From Octopus vulgaris (taxonomy: Eukaryota), in NCBI GenBank assembly GCA_951406725.2, contig OX597816.1, positions 159,712,001 to 159,776,000 on the forward strand: a stretch of DNA of 64,000 nucleotides, in the 5' to 3' direction. Under the pieces are notes generated by a model that worked only from the letters and a program-made list of their open reading frames with translations, was not told the origin of the DNA and did not search any database. The position numbers were made by a program, and so were the translations under genes. Below, one piece after another: positions 44,911 to 57,720 of this stretch. Numbering within the stretch: position 1 is the first letter of the stretch; each line of letters opens with the position of its first letter.

Positions 44911-45511
44911 TAATGATTTTCAACCATTTTTTATCTATGGACCCTTTTGATCCTTATTTACTCTGGTAGTCTCTCTTAGCAATTCGATGTTTAAAAAAAC
45001 CCTTTAATATTTCTATTTTGAATATTGTTAAGAATAGTATTAAAAATGTTAAAATATTTGGTGTATTGTAGAAGTATGGTGAAAGCGCATGGCTCAGTGG
45101 TTGCAGTGTTGTGCTTACGGTCGTGAGGTTGTGAGTTCGAATCCCGGACCGGCCTGCATGTTGTGTTCTTGAGCAAGACACTTTATTTCACGTTGCTCCA
45201 GTTCACTCAGCTGTAGAAATGAGTTGTGATGCCACAGGTGCCAAGCTGCATCTGCTGTTGCCTTTCCCTTGGATAACACTGTTGGTGTGGAGAGGGGACA
45301 CCTGTATGCATGGGCGACTTGTGCCCAGACTTGTGCCTTGGAGGGTAACTTTCTAGGTGCAATCTCACAGTCAGTCATGACCGAAGTGGGGGGGTCATTT
45401 TTTTTTTTTTTTTTTGTAGAAGTATATGCAATTTATTGCTCATAAATTTTAATAAAAAATCTTATATGGACCCCACCAAGGGCCATATGGACCCCCACTT
45501 TAGAATTACTG
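44911..45511. mobile_element. hAT-type MITE split by a SINE insertion
   Basis: Both halves align with the uninterrupted relative at 63314-63504. Confidence 0.75.
45078..45413 (+). mobile_element. intact tRNA-derived SINE with a 12-bp target-site duplication
   Basis: TGGCTCAGTGG A-box, GTTCGAATCC B-box, T-rich tail; TTGTAGAAGTAT at 45066-45077 and 45414-45425. Confidence 0.92.
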
Positions 45512-45886
45512 AGCTAGGGAAAGTTAATATGATGAAAGGTTTCCTCTTTAAATTTATATTCATCAGAGGAATAGAACTTGGGAGCTAAGATTTGAGATGA
45601 AAGATTTTCACCACAAACACAACACTGTGACAATGTAAAAGGTTACAGTCTACTGACTTTTATCAATAGTTGTGTCTCAATCTGTCAACTCAAATTGGGA
45701 TTTTCCTTGCAGTATCCTCATTGTATCAATAATGTGACAAAGGTATGGTAGTGCTGCACAGAATTTTTAGAAAGTATAGAGTTGTTTCTATTTTCAAGTC
45801 ATCAAATTAATAGTGATGAATAATTATCACAAATAGAAATTTCAGTTCTGTTTCATTTGAAGATTAATGACAGTTGTTTCTGATAG

Positions 45887-46298
45887 AGTGGAGGAGGTAT
45901 CTGAAGACTCAACCCTCACAATGCTTCAAGGAATAGTGGGCGATGAAAATGGGTGGATTTTATTTAATTTTTAATTGAAATTTTTAAAACAAAATTGTGT
46001 TTAGTTCTATGTTTTCTAAAATCAAAAATTCAAAATCTCATGGCGATTCAATTTTCTTTTAGTAAAGATTAATTCTGTTTTTTAGTAAAGTTTAAAATTT
46101 ATCTTTAGTAATGATGAAAATTTTTTTAGTTTTTTTTTTTCATATTTGCATATTGATATAATTTTTTTAATTCAGTTTTTTTAATTTTTTTAATTTCAGG
46201 CTTGCAAAAACATCCCCCGTTTGTCATACTGAGATTACCAAACATAAAAAAAAACACTAATCAGGGAGTGCAGACTGGAATTTCAATTTTAATTTTAG
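45887..46298 (+). other. candidate exon pair 45887-45952 and 46200-46298 separated by a very T-rich 247-nt intron
   Basis: Strong acceptor ttttttaatttcag at 46199 and donor TAG|gtattt. Joined readings are MKMGLQKHPPFVILRLPNIKKNTNQGVQTGISILIL or VEEVSEDSTLTMLQGIVGDENGLAKTSPVCHTEITKHKKKH*. The first donor (gtggat) is weak. Confidence 0.25.
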
Positions 46299-46839
46299 GT
46301 ATTTATCATTATTTTCCTCTTTTTTTTTTTTTATTATTTTGATTAATTTTTAATCTTAAAATATTCTGACACTTTGTCATATAAGACATGACTTTGAAAG
46401 AAAGAGAAACATGTAAAAGCTGAATAAGCATTTTCAAAACCAGAAACTTGAAAAATTAACATGTGTGACTCTACATACTTCCAATCTGAAGTTGTATTGA
46501 GCACACTTTTGTTGTAACACCACATACACATAGCTGACATCTCTTATTGTTTGTAGATCATCATCAGCTTAACATTCACTTGTCATGCTTGCATGTGTCA
46601 GTTGGAGTTTATTGAAGCAGATTTTCTACAGTCAGATGCTCTTCCTGTTGCCTTAATATATATATATATATATATATAATGATGATGATATATATTCACC
46701 ATCATATGATAAAAGATATAAAGCATTCTGGGTCAATTTGGTTTCATCTTTAAAAAAAAATCATTATAGTTAGTCAATCAGTAAATATTTTAAACAACAA
46801 AACTATTCATTATATGAAATTCTTTAACTTATATATTTT

Positions 46840-49010
46840 TGCCATCTTCTCTTTTGCACACTACATCTGATTTTTCTAAATACCCCAGTTTTTCTCTCTG
46901 CTCATTTGTGATCTACCATTCATGCATGTATTACACATTCAGTGGAGCATACTTACTTCGCTTGGCTCCAACCTTTCTACACCTACATTCAATACCCATG
47001 TTTCACTACCATGCTGTAGCACATTTTGCACATAAGATTTCAGACCCCCAACATCCACTGCTAACTAGGTTACTTAAGTGGGTAAAGCTATCAACCATCT
47101 TTAAGGAACCCTCAAAGTACTCTTACAGCTAACTACTCCTGTATATCTGCTATATGCAAAGTTTTACTTCTCTATTAGACAGCTTGTGATCCTACTATAA
47201 TTCTTATGCTTATATGATTTACATTGGGTACACTGTATTGAATTCCTACCTCCTCTTTTTCTTCATTTATGCATGGCCACCTCCCAGGTGGTATTAGAGT
47301 CCTGTCTTCTTTCCTGCTAATGAGAACTTTTGTCTCTGCTAGATTTACTTTGAGATCTCTTTTTGTTTTTATAGTTGAGATTTCTTCTCTACATCACCAA
47401 CTGATTCATTTATGAGAACTAGGCTTTCAGTGTAAAAGAGTTCCCACAGACATCTGGTCTGAAACCCCTCTTTTAAGATCTAGAGATCTATAATAAAGGA
47501 GTGGAGTGAGAACCAAGCTCTGGTGGACATCTACCCACAAATTAAATTCATATGATCAATTCTTACCTTACTGACAGTGTTACTATTTTACATGGTTCAC
47601 ATATCTCTCACGTGTTATTTATCTACACACAGTTTTCTTAATGACATAAATTCAGTACCCTGTCATAAGCTATCTTTTGTTTGAAGAAATATGAAATATA
47701 GTGGCTTACTCTTGGCTAAGAACTTTCTTGTAGTTAAAAGATATTAGTCATACCCTGTCCTGGCACAAAATCAAGCTGCATCTCAGAAAATTAACTTTCT
47801 AATTAGTAGTATAATAACTCTGTTGCTTTGATAACTTTGTCTATAAGTTTCATAGCTCTGTAGTTGCTTCTCTGTTGAACATCTCCTTTGTCCTAGCAAT
47901 TCATGAGGATATTGCTTTACTAGTCAGGGTGTGAAACCATCCTGGACTACCTGATTGATTTTGTCAGTGACCAGTGTGTACCCAACTTCGTTTCATCTTT
48001 TCAGTATCCCAGTGACTATCCATGATGGTTCAGTTGCTCTCCCTGTCCTTGTATTCTTAATCATTCTTTCAACTGAATGTCTGTCACCTTTAATACCTAG
48101 TCCCCCTTTTGAGTCTACATGGAGGCAGACTCTCTTTCTCCAACTGGAATACTGCTCCAACCAGAAATCTGGTCTGTGGTTCACAAGTCTTGTTGAAACT
48201 CCCAGTTTTCTATATGCTATAGGTTTATAGCTTTTCTTTTCCCACTTACAAAACTACAATTTCTCTGATCCTGTATTTAGCAAAAGCATCCTTGTGCTGC
48301 CATATTTTCCTCCTCTAGATTATGTTGTACCTCTGAGTCCATTTAACCCTTCCTCTGAAGTCTCTAGTCACTGGTCTATATTTAGTGATGCATTCACCTG
48401 GAAAAACTTGATACTCACACCCATCTGTCTGACCCATTTCTTGGTGAGTACAAAATCTATTTGGCATGTGAGTTCACCTGACTGGTTGTGACCGTGTTAC
48501 CTGGCATGATTAATTGATGAGGTCACCAGTTAAGAAATGCGGTCACTCTCATTCCATATTGAGACATTCGCAATGGGACCTCATGGTTCTTTGTTTTCAT
48601 CTGTCTTTCTTAATTATTGGTACATGTACAGAGATCACTGTTATTGCCCATGATTTATTAAGTTTAATTATCCTACTCCACCTATTCATTTCCAAACCAA
48701 CATGCCTACTCCTCCCACCTTCTCAGAAGATATTGTATCTGTGTTCCTTAACCACAAGGAATCTGGTTGAGGCTTCCTTCCATCTTATCACTTGTGTGCA
48801 GCACACATCTTCTCATCTCCTCTCCATCATCTCTACAATCTCTTCAGACCTTTCATTATGTCAACATTGATGGTAGCAGCCCTGAAGTTTTTTAACTTAC
48901 AGGAAGAAAGGGTCTAGTAAAGAATTTATTGTTGTTCGCAATCACTTGATACACAAGGTTAAAGTGGACATCTAACTACCTCATTGCCATGCTCAGCACT
49001 AACATGGAAA
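46840..49010 (-). mobile_element. old, long, degenerate RTE-clade LINE
   Basis: Minus-strand fragments in the expected order: QVFPGEC (endonuclease C-terminus, ~48400), VERMIKNTRTGRATEPSWIVTGILK (pre-RT, ~48030), LQHGSETWVLN (~47000). Confidence 0.75.
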
Positions 49011-51954
49011 TTGATAGTCTTGTAAATACAGTTAAGGCTTTCCATTGTATTTGTGTCTATTTTGATTTGGGGCATAGTTTTATTAACTGGCTTCCTTTCC
49101 TCTCACCAGCCTCTTTACATCATGGATTGAGTGCATTTTATTGTACCACCAACATCAGAAAGGTTATCTGCCAGGACTAAAAAAAAATATCTACACTGTG
49201 TCAGTTTTATTTAGTGTTACTAATCTCTTAGCTAAGTTGCCTTTACTGTAGATTGTGAAGTCCATCCCTCCTTTATTCAGTGTTACTGCTCACCTGGAAT
49301 GATTACCTTCACAACCAAAGCCTTGTGAGTGGATTTGATAGATGGAAACTGAAAGAAGCCCATTGTATGTATGTGTATGCATCTTTGTGTCTTTGTTTGT
49401 CCCCCACTACCATTTAGCAACTGGTGTTGGTTTGTTTACAGCCCCCTAAACTTAGCAGTTTGGCAAAAGAAACTGATTGAATAAGTATCAGGCTTAACAA
49501 AAAAGTACTGGGGTTGCTTCATTCAACTAAGATTTCTTCAAAAGTTATGCCCCAGCATGGCCACATCTAATGACTGAAACAAGTAAAAAGATAAACAGAT
49601 AAAAAAAAAAGACACGTTTTTGTTTGTGAGTTGGTTAAGCATTTAATCAATTAACTGATCACTCATTTAGTCAATCAATCAACCAATCAGCTTGGTTTGT
49701 TAAAGTTCTTTCATCACTATTTGCAGCTACCTCAATGACTTGTCCTCTTTATACCAGATCTACTTCATGACTGTCTGTCTGTTTGTCTCCTAGTTGACAA
49801 GTTTCTTCACTTTATAATCATTATCATCAATAACATTTTTTTTTCTGCTCAAGCGGTATAAGAAACCTGTATTCCACTTTTAGCAACATCTCACATTCGT
49901 CTTTTCTCTGCAAATCTACTACTTTGTTACTGTCAATAAAAACTGCACTTCCAACAAATTCCTTTGTGAATATTATAATTAACTTTTCTTATGATGAAAG
50001 AATTTCTCTGCCAATGGAGGTGCCTGAAAATCTTGCAGTTACTGTCAACACTGCCACAGTTAACTATATTACCAATATCATAACTGGTGCCACAATTAGT
50101 CATACTTAGAATATCTTGGTAGTGGAACCGGTCAGTCACCTCAACTAAAATCCCTTGACGAAAGTAAATTGTCACATCAATCATTATTATTACTATTATT
50201 TGATAGTTTCAGGCAAATTTATTATTGTTATTATTATTGTTGTTGACAGTCAGCTGGAAGAACTGTTAGCACTCTGGACAAAATACTTAACGGTATTTCA
50301 TCTCTCTTAAAATTCTGAGTTCAGTTGCCACTGGGGTCAACTATGTCTTTCATCCATTCAGGATCAATAAAATAAGTACCAGTTGAGCATTAGAGACAAT
50401 GTAATCAACAAGCCCCTACCTCAAAATTACAGACCCTGTGACTATTATATAAAGGATTAGGTTGGCTTTATCTTTCATCCTTTCATTGAGCTCTTGTGTT
50501 AAGGTAATCAGTTTAACCCCACTGCCCCTAATTTCTGACCTTGTGCCAAAATTTGAAATCATTGTTGCTGTTGTTGTTAAGGTGCATGGCTTAGTGGTTA
50601 GGATGTTACACCCACAATTGCGAGATCATGGTTTTGATTCCCAGATCAGGTGTTGCATTATGTTCTTGAGCAAAACACTTCATTTCACGTGGCTCTGCGA
50701 CCATTTCGTCATGTCTCACATGGTGCCCCTGTACAGGTAGTGTCAATTTGTTGGCGGGAGTGAGCTTATGTGAACACAAACATTTGATCACCATAAACAA
50801 ATCATCTCGGTGGTTGTTCAGCAAGGAATTGCAGAACCTTCATATGTCATCTAACAATGGGAGGAGAGTCCATGATTATCATCATCACCACCACCACAAA
50901 GTAGAGAATGGCAGAATTGAGGGGCATCTTGCAGTATTTAGTCCAGATCTCTCAGGAGTTTATTTTTGCCTTCTATTCTTCTAATGTTTAAACAGTTAGT
51001 AACAGTGGAATATTGGTAGTATTTGAATTGTTCATAACCATCACTTTCAGAATTTTCTGCTTGACACCTGAAATAGAAACTATCCTCATTTTCAGAATGG
51101 TAAATGACTAAATTGATGGCGTGGGGTTTGTTAAAATAAATACCAAATATTGTAGTTGATTTAACTAACCCTACCTCATCCCCCAAAATATTATGGTATC
51201 ATGCCAATGTTAGGAATTATTGTTATTTTAGTGCAAAAAATACCACTAAAGTCAAATTGGCTTTATATTATTCTGTAATCAAGCAAATAAAAGACCAGTA
51301 GTCCAAGACTAATGGTCTTTTCTCTTACATTTGTGGTCTTCTGCCAAACATAGAAACCATTATTTTAGTCCAGTTGATGTTAAAATACCTTGTAGTGTTT
51401 AGTATTGTTGCTCTGTAAAGTAGTTAGCATTAGCCATAGAAACCAGCCAAAACACAACTGGAGCTTGATGCAGATCTCCAGCTTGCCAGTTCCAGTCAGA
51501 CTGTCCAACCCATGTCAGCATGGGAAACAGACGTTAAATGATTATTATAGTGATGATGATGACTTTATATATTGAAGTTAAATCCCATAGGTAATAATGG
51601 TTATTAGAGATGGTGGTGGGGTGTCAACTTTGTCTTGAATCCTTCAAGGGTCAATAATATAAGTACGAGTTTAATACTAGGCTCAGTCTAATCAACTATT
51701 CTATCCCCTAAATTTTGTGGCCTTGTATCATCATGCTGACATGAATCAGAAGGGTTATTTGCTTCTCTCCTAGGTGAGTTGGCAGACTACATCTCATTCA
51801 CAGGTTTCATTTTTGGTTTGGTTTGTACAACTAGATGCTTTTCCTGACACCAACCACTTTGCAGAGTGTACTAACTGCATTATATCATGATGTCGGCAGT
51901 AGACAGGTTGTCACATATTCAACAAGGGTAAGGAGTCTACCCAGCCCTACATCA

Positions 51955-52350
51955 TCATCATCATCATTTAATGTCTGTTGTATATGTTGGCATGGATTGG
52001 ATGGTTTGACTGAGTTGGCATGCTGGAAGATTGCGTCAGGTTCCAGCCTGATTTGGCATGGTTTTCTATGACTGGATGCCCTTCCTAACGCCAACCGCTC
52101 TGAGAGTGTAATGGGTGTTTTTATGTGCCACCGGCACGGGTGCCATTTGCATGACACCGGGGTGTGTTTACATGCCACTGGCATGGGTGCCATTTGCGTG
52201 ACACCAGTATCTGTCATGGCTGCGATTTTGCTCAGCTTGATGGGTCTTCTTCTCAAGCATGACATAATGTCAAAGGTCTTGGTCATTGCCTCTGTGTGGC
52301 CCAACACGCGAAAGGAACTCAGTCACTTTGCCCCCATGAGGCCCAACACT
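51955..52350 (-). mobile_element. 5'-truncated RTE LINE 3' end
   Basis: (CAT)n tail, GGATGCCCTTCCTAACGCCAACC motif, and an ORF-end segment GGTCTTGGTCATTGCCTCTGTG like that at 56666-56700. Confidence 0.75.
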
Positions 52351-55300
52351 CAAAAGGAACTCGGCCACATAGTGCATTTTATCATGTCACCAGCACATCT
52401 AACTGTTATTGTGTTGCTAAGGAAAAAGTGGAAGAAATAATATTGATTTCAAATTTTGGCTCATTAAGCAATTTCAAGAGACGTTAGATCAACCCTAGTG
52501 CTCAACTAGTACTTGTTTTATCAACCCTAAAATGAAGCATTTTATCCAGTGTTCATTTACATTCTGAATCCTTATCTTGCCACAGTTAGTTTTGCCTTTC
52601 ATTTTTTGGGGGGTTGATATTTTCTGCTGTTCTTTGGCTTTGTGCCTTTGTTAGACTTCACACACTTTTTAGCAACCCACTTCTTAACTGCTAATCATCC
52701 CACTTTTGCTGATATTCACCACTTCTCTCTCTTACTATTACACATCTCTATTATCTCTTCCTATCTATCACCTGCTGCATCATTGAGATGTTGTCCTCAC
52801 TATAAATAAAAATGACATCAGTGAGATGTTGTAAAAACTGACTCTAACCATCGCAACCTATTCGATCCATGCCAGCATGGAAAGTAGATGTATGATGATG
52901 ATACCGATGACAACTACTACCACCAACACTATCATCATAACCACCGCCACTACTACACTCATCATTCTTTTAAATAGATTTTTCCCACTTTGAAATCATT
53001 AAAGATATTGTACAATTTCATTATTATTTTATTGTGTTTTATCAGAAAAATATTAAAATATACAACTACTTATCCACAAGACTGCTACCCTTTGAAACTT
53101 AACATGATCAAACATACTTAGAAATTCTTGCTAATGGCATCTTTTGAAAATTTACTTCCTTTTTAATAAAATTCCACTCATGTCTTTGATGTAATTAGTT
53201 CTTTGTGGAAAGGTTCCTTGCAGATATAAGCTTCTGTTACTTATCAAATTAGCCTTTAAGTAAGTTATAACATGACTAAACACCTTCACAGCTAAAGCCA
53301 CTCTCAGCATTTACCGTTTTCTTCTTTGGTCATGTCATTATTATCAATCAAGGAACTGTAGGAAAGAAGAGTAAAACAACAGATTAAATTCTTTGTGACA
53401 CTTTGCATTCTGAGTTCAAATCTTGTTCAGGCTTCCAAGGTCCATAAAATAAGAACCATTTGTTATACCTCCTCAAGATCTATAGTTCATTAATCAAGGT
53501 TGATCTGATGTCTCCACCACTGTATGAAGGCCTGTGGAAGTTTTCTCTTTTTTTTTTTCATTAAGAAGACTAGCTGCTTGTCAATGCATGCAAATCACTC
53601 CTCTATGCCACTGATGTTGTCCAAAGAAAAGGCCATTGGTTTAAAACCAATACAACTTGGCACCATTGATATCAGACCTCAAATGGATCAGATATTGTTA
53701 GGTTTCCCATCTGATGCCCTAGCTGTTCTGCCAATCCACTGTTCTGGATTGATACTTTTATATATCAGTCCTGAAAGGTTGCAAAACAAAAAATTACTTT
53801 GGTAGGAATTGAACACATAGTGCAGAGAGATAATACACAAAAGAAGGCTCTTGTTGAGTGGCTTAAATATAAAAATTTGAACCAGAGCTTTTCCTTGTCT
53901 AATAACATGAAGGAAATGACCATTTTCCTGGGGGATTGTTCCAATATTTGAGCAAAGATAAATTGGTGAGCTGGCAGGATCGTTAGTACGCTGGACAAAA
54001 TGCTTAGTGGCATTTTGTCAATCTTTACATTCTGTGTCCAAATTTTGCTGGGGTTAACTTTACCTTTCATCCTTTTGGAGTCAATAGCATTGGTACCAAT
54101 TGAGCACTGAAGTTGATTTAATCAACTGCCAAATTTGAGACCAGTATCTGAGCAAAGATGAGGATTATCAGAAAGACTAGAAGAAAAGAGTAAATTCTTT
54201 GTGCCATTTGACTACATCCTTTTGCATTCTGAGTTTGAATCCCATTCAACAATTCAATGTCAGTAAACTAAGTACCAATCAAGTATTGTGGTTAATATAC
54301 CTGCTCAAGACCTGTAATCTTTTTGTGGAACTTGCATCAATTATGGTTATCCTCATATCTGCACTACTGTGTGCAGGTCTGAACAAGGTTATTTTGGTTG
54401 TTGGTCATGCAAGCAAGGATCTTGACTCTTCACCCTTGATGATGTTCAAAGAAAAGACCCAGTGTTGTCAGGATGCAAAGGACAGGATCAGAGACATAAG
54501 AATTCCCATCTAACACCCTAAAATATCTGCCAATCCATTGTCTTAGATTGCCCCCCCCCCCCCATTTTTTTTTGCCCTGAAAGGATGCAAAGCAAAACTG
54601 ACAAGAGGGGGCTGGAATGTTCTTGGCTTTGGGTAAAAGAAAATATAGATGAATCAGTTATGATTTTATTCAACAAATTCCCTTCTCAGATTCACACACT
54701 TATTGCAGCAGGCTTTCAGTTTTTCCCTGTAAAAGAACTTGGAAAGTTGGACCTCCCACCAGGCCTTTTGTAATACTCTTAAAACCAGGAACTTTTCAGT
54801 AACTCCTCATAAGGTTTCAACACAGAGTGCAAGCAAATACCACAAGGCATTTTATTTAATGCTCTATTGACTCTGCTATTTTGCCCCCTTTCTCTAGTGT
54901 TATATTTGTGTTAAAAATAATTATTATTATTATTATTATTGAAGCAGTACAAGGCGGCAAGTTGGCAGAATCATTAGCATGCTGGATGAAATGTTTAGCA
55001 GTATTTTGCCCATCACTATGTTCTGAGTTCAAATTGCACTGAGAGTGGCTTTATCTTTCATCGTTTTGGTATCAATAAATTAAGTACCAGTGAAACACTG
55101 GGGGTGATGTAAATGACTAGACCTTTCCCCAACAATCTCAGGCACTGTGCCTATTGTAGTAAGGATTATTATTTAAGCAGTACAATAAATTAATTAACAA
55201 AAGTGTGTAGTTATATTGCAAATTCAAGGTTTTAAATTTAATACATTAGTCAATATGTGTTTTAAACTAATATGTTTTAAAATTAAAGATTTTGGTAATG

Positions 55301-55945
55301 GTGGCTGCTATTGTTTAACTTCATATCAAGCCTGATGAATCAGAACTCTGATCAGAAGCATTCCAGATGTGTTCATCCTAGTTTCTTGTTTTCTTTTTAA
55401 AGCGTAGTGTATCAAGGACTACATCCAAATGGTTATGAAAATGTTTTCCTAAGGCGGCCCAATCGATGCAAAAGTAGGGTTGCCTTATAGCTATTTGAAT
55501 GAAACACCTAGAAGTAATATTTATCTACTAAACAAATATTTCCATGATATCGTGATGTTTTGCAGTGCCTGACTCATCCCCGATCCACATGATTGTAAGA
55601 GTTGTAAGTTTAAAATGTTGCTGGAAGAAGTTCAGATAACTATTGCATTTACTGATAACATCATATAAAATTTGTACGATGCATGTGCCAGAAGCCAGAA
55701 GTTGTATTCTTGTCAAAACATGAGCAGTAAAAACACATGACCTGCCATAACTGAACAGAAATAGATGCATCATCATTATCATCATCATTACCACCACCAC
55801 CACCACTGTCATCATCATCATCATCATCATTGGTTTTATGTTCGCTCTCAATTTCCTTCAACTCCCACTATCAAATTCAGTTTAAAGTCATAGCCAGACA
55901 ATTATTAAATATTTAGTTCATTCATAGTGCTTTGACAGTAAATAG

Positions 55946-55977
<32 letters not shown>

Positions 55978-56060
55978 TGTCTTGTGTCCATATTATCTAT
56001 ATTTTGTTAATTATTAAGTTTGCATACAGCAGCTGTCCCTAGGTAAATCTCTGATTACTT

Positions 56061-56100
56061 CTCTACTGATGAGGTCTAAAAGACTGAAACATGTCTGCAG
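56061..56100 (+). ncRNA. minimal type I hammerhead ribozyme-like motif
   Basis: CTGATGA-GGTCT-AAA-AGACT-GAAAC-AT-GTC: canonical core boxes, stem II, palindromic stem III (ACATGT) and a GTC cleavage triplet. Stem I is imperfect (CTCTA/TGCAG). Confidence 0.6.
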
Positions 56101-56145
56101 TTGTCCCTTTACTGCTAAGATCTAACTTATTTCTTTCTGCATGGC

Positions 56146-56815
56146 ATCATCATCATCATTTAACATCTGTTTTCCATGCTAGCATGGATTGGACAGTTCG
56201 ACTGGGGTCTGGGAAGCCAGGAGGCTGCACCAGGCCCTGATCTGATCTGGCAGTGTTACTACAGCTAGATGCCCTTCCTAATGTCAACCACTCCGAGAAT
56301 GTAGTGGGTGCTTTTTATGTGCCACTTGAACAGGCACCAGAGGAACTGGCATCAACCATGATCGGATGGTGCTTTTTACGTGCCACTGGCATGGAAGCCA
56401 GTCAAAGCAGCACTGGCATCGGCCACGTTCGGATGGTGCTTTTTACATGCTACCAGCATGGCGGTCGCAACTACAATTTCCATTTGATTTGATTTTGGTA
56501 TTGATGTTGATGTAGTTGACTCAATAGGTCTCCTCAAGCACAGTATGTCGCCCTACGATCCAAGGTAATTTTTTGAGTGGGCTGGTTATGCGACACTGGT
56601 GCAGGTTACAGCTGTGGACTCACTTTATTTGCCAGGTCTTCTCAGTCACAGCATACCTCCAGAGGTCTTGGTCTTTTGTCATTGCTTCTGTGAGGCCCAA
56701 CTGTTCGAAGGTCATGCTTCACCACCTCATCCTTTGTCTTCCTGGGTCTCCCTCTACCCCGGATTCCTTCCACTGTTTGGGAGTGGCACTTCTTCACACA
56801 GATCTCCTCGTCCAT
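56146..56815 (-). mobile_element. 5'-truncated RTE LINE with a complete 3' UTR
   Basis: Minus strand MDEEICVKKCHSQTVEGIRGRGRPRKTKDEVVKHDLRT...TKDQDLWRYAV, followed by the subrepeat-containing UTR and (GAT)n tail. Confidence 0.9.
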
Positions 56816-57689
56816 ATTTAATTAATTAAAATTCATAGCTTACTGCATCAAATATGCTAATGCCAACTTGCATAATAATTAGCTTTAAGCTGGATGGCCA
56901 TTAAAAGACTATTTTTGCTACTAAATTGGTGATGTAAGTATTCATCTAAAAAAAATATGAATTTCATAAATTGTTACAGAAAAAGACCTAAGACATTAAC
57001 GATAGTCATTAGAAAATGACTTAGAATGTCTAATTAAGTTAAGAGACAGGTCAAATCATAGTCATTATCTTGTCTAAGATCTGTCTTTTCTTTTGCAATA
57101 TATTTCATAAAAGATATATCCTGTAATTATTTGTAATCACATTTATTTTTGTTTTTAAAGAAAAGCAAAAACAAAAAAAAATCCTTGGTTCTTAAATGTT
57201 AGCTTACGCCTTTTACTTTATCCTTCCTCTTTTAATATTACATCTTTTTAAATCCTTTACCACCACTTGACAGATACTAACTTGCAAGTCATCAACCACA
57301 AAATGTAGAGATTATGAAATCAACTCTTCCTTTACTAATAAATATAATAAAAGAATACTCTCTGTTCTTTAGGGTCACTCCCTCTTTTTTTTTTTCATAT
57401 GAAGGTGCTTAGCTTAGTGGTTAGGGTGTTGTTCTCATGGTCATAAGACCATTGTTTCAATTCTCAGTCTTTGAGCAAAACTTTTCATTTTGCATTGCTC
57501 TAGTTTACTCAGCTGTAAATCAGTTCCAGCAATGGTTGGGGAGTTAACCCTCTGATGAACTGGTGTCCCATCCAGTGGGTAGTATTTAACCTTAGTTGCT
57601 TACATGCCAGGGAAACAAGTTACACTATGGATTTATGAGTCCCAGAGCTTATAACAGATCCAGGTCTAAGTTTCTATCATAAACTCTAT

Positions 57690-57720
<31 letters not shown>

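Noticed and set aside
45078-45150. tRNA gene
   Set aside because: The tRNA-like head continues into a SINE body with a TSD and has many diverged paralogues.
49924-50184. Overlapping short ORFs on both strands
   Set aside because: No convincing splice sites or recognisable motifs.
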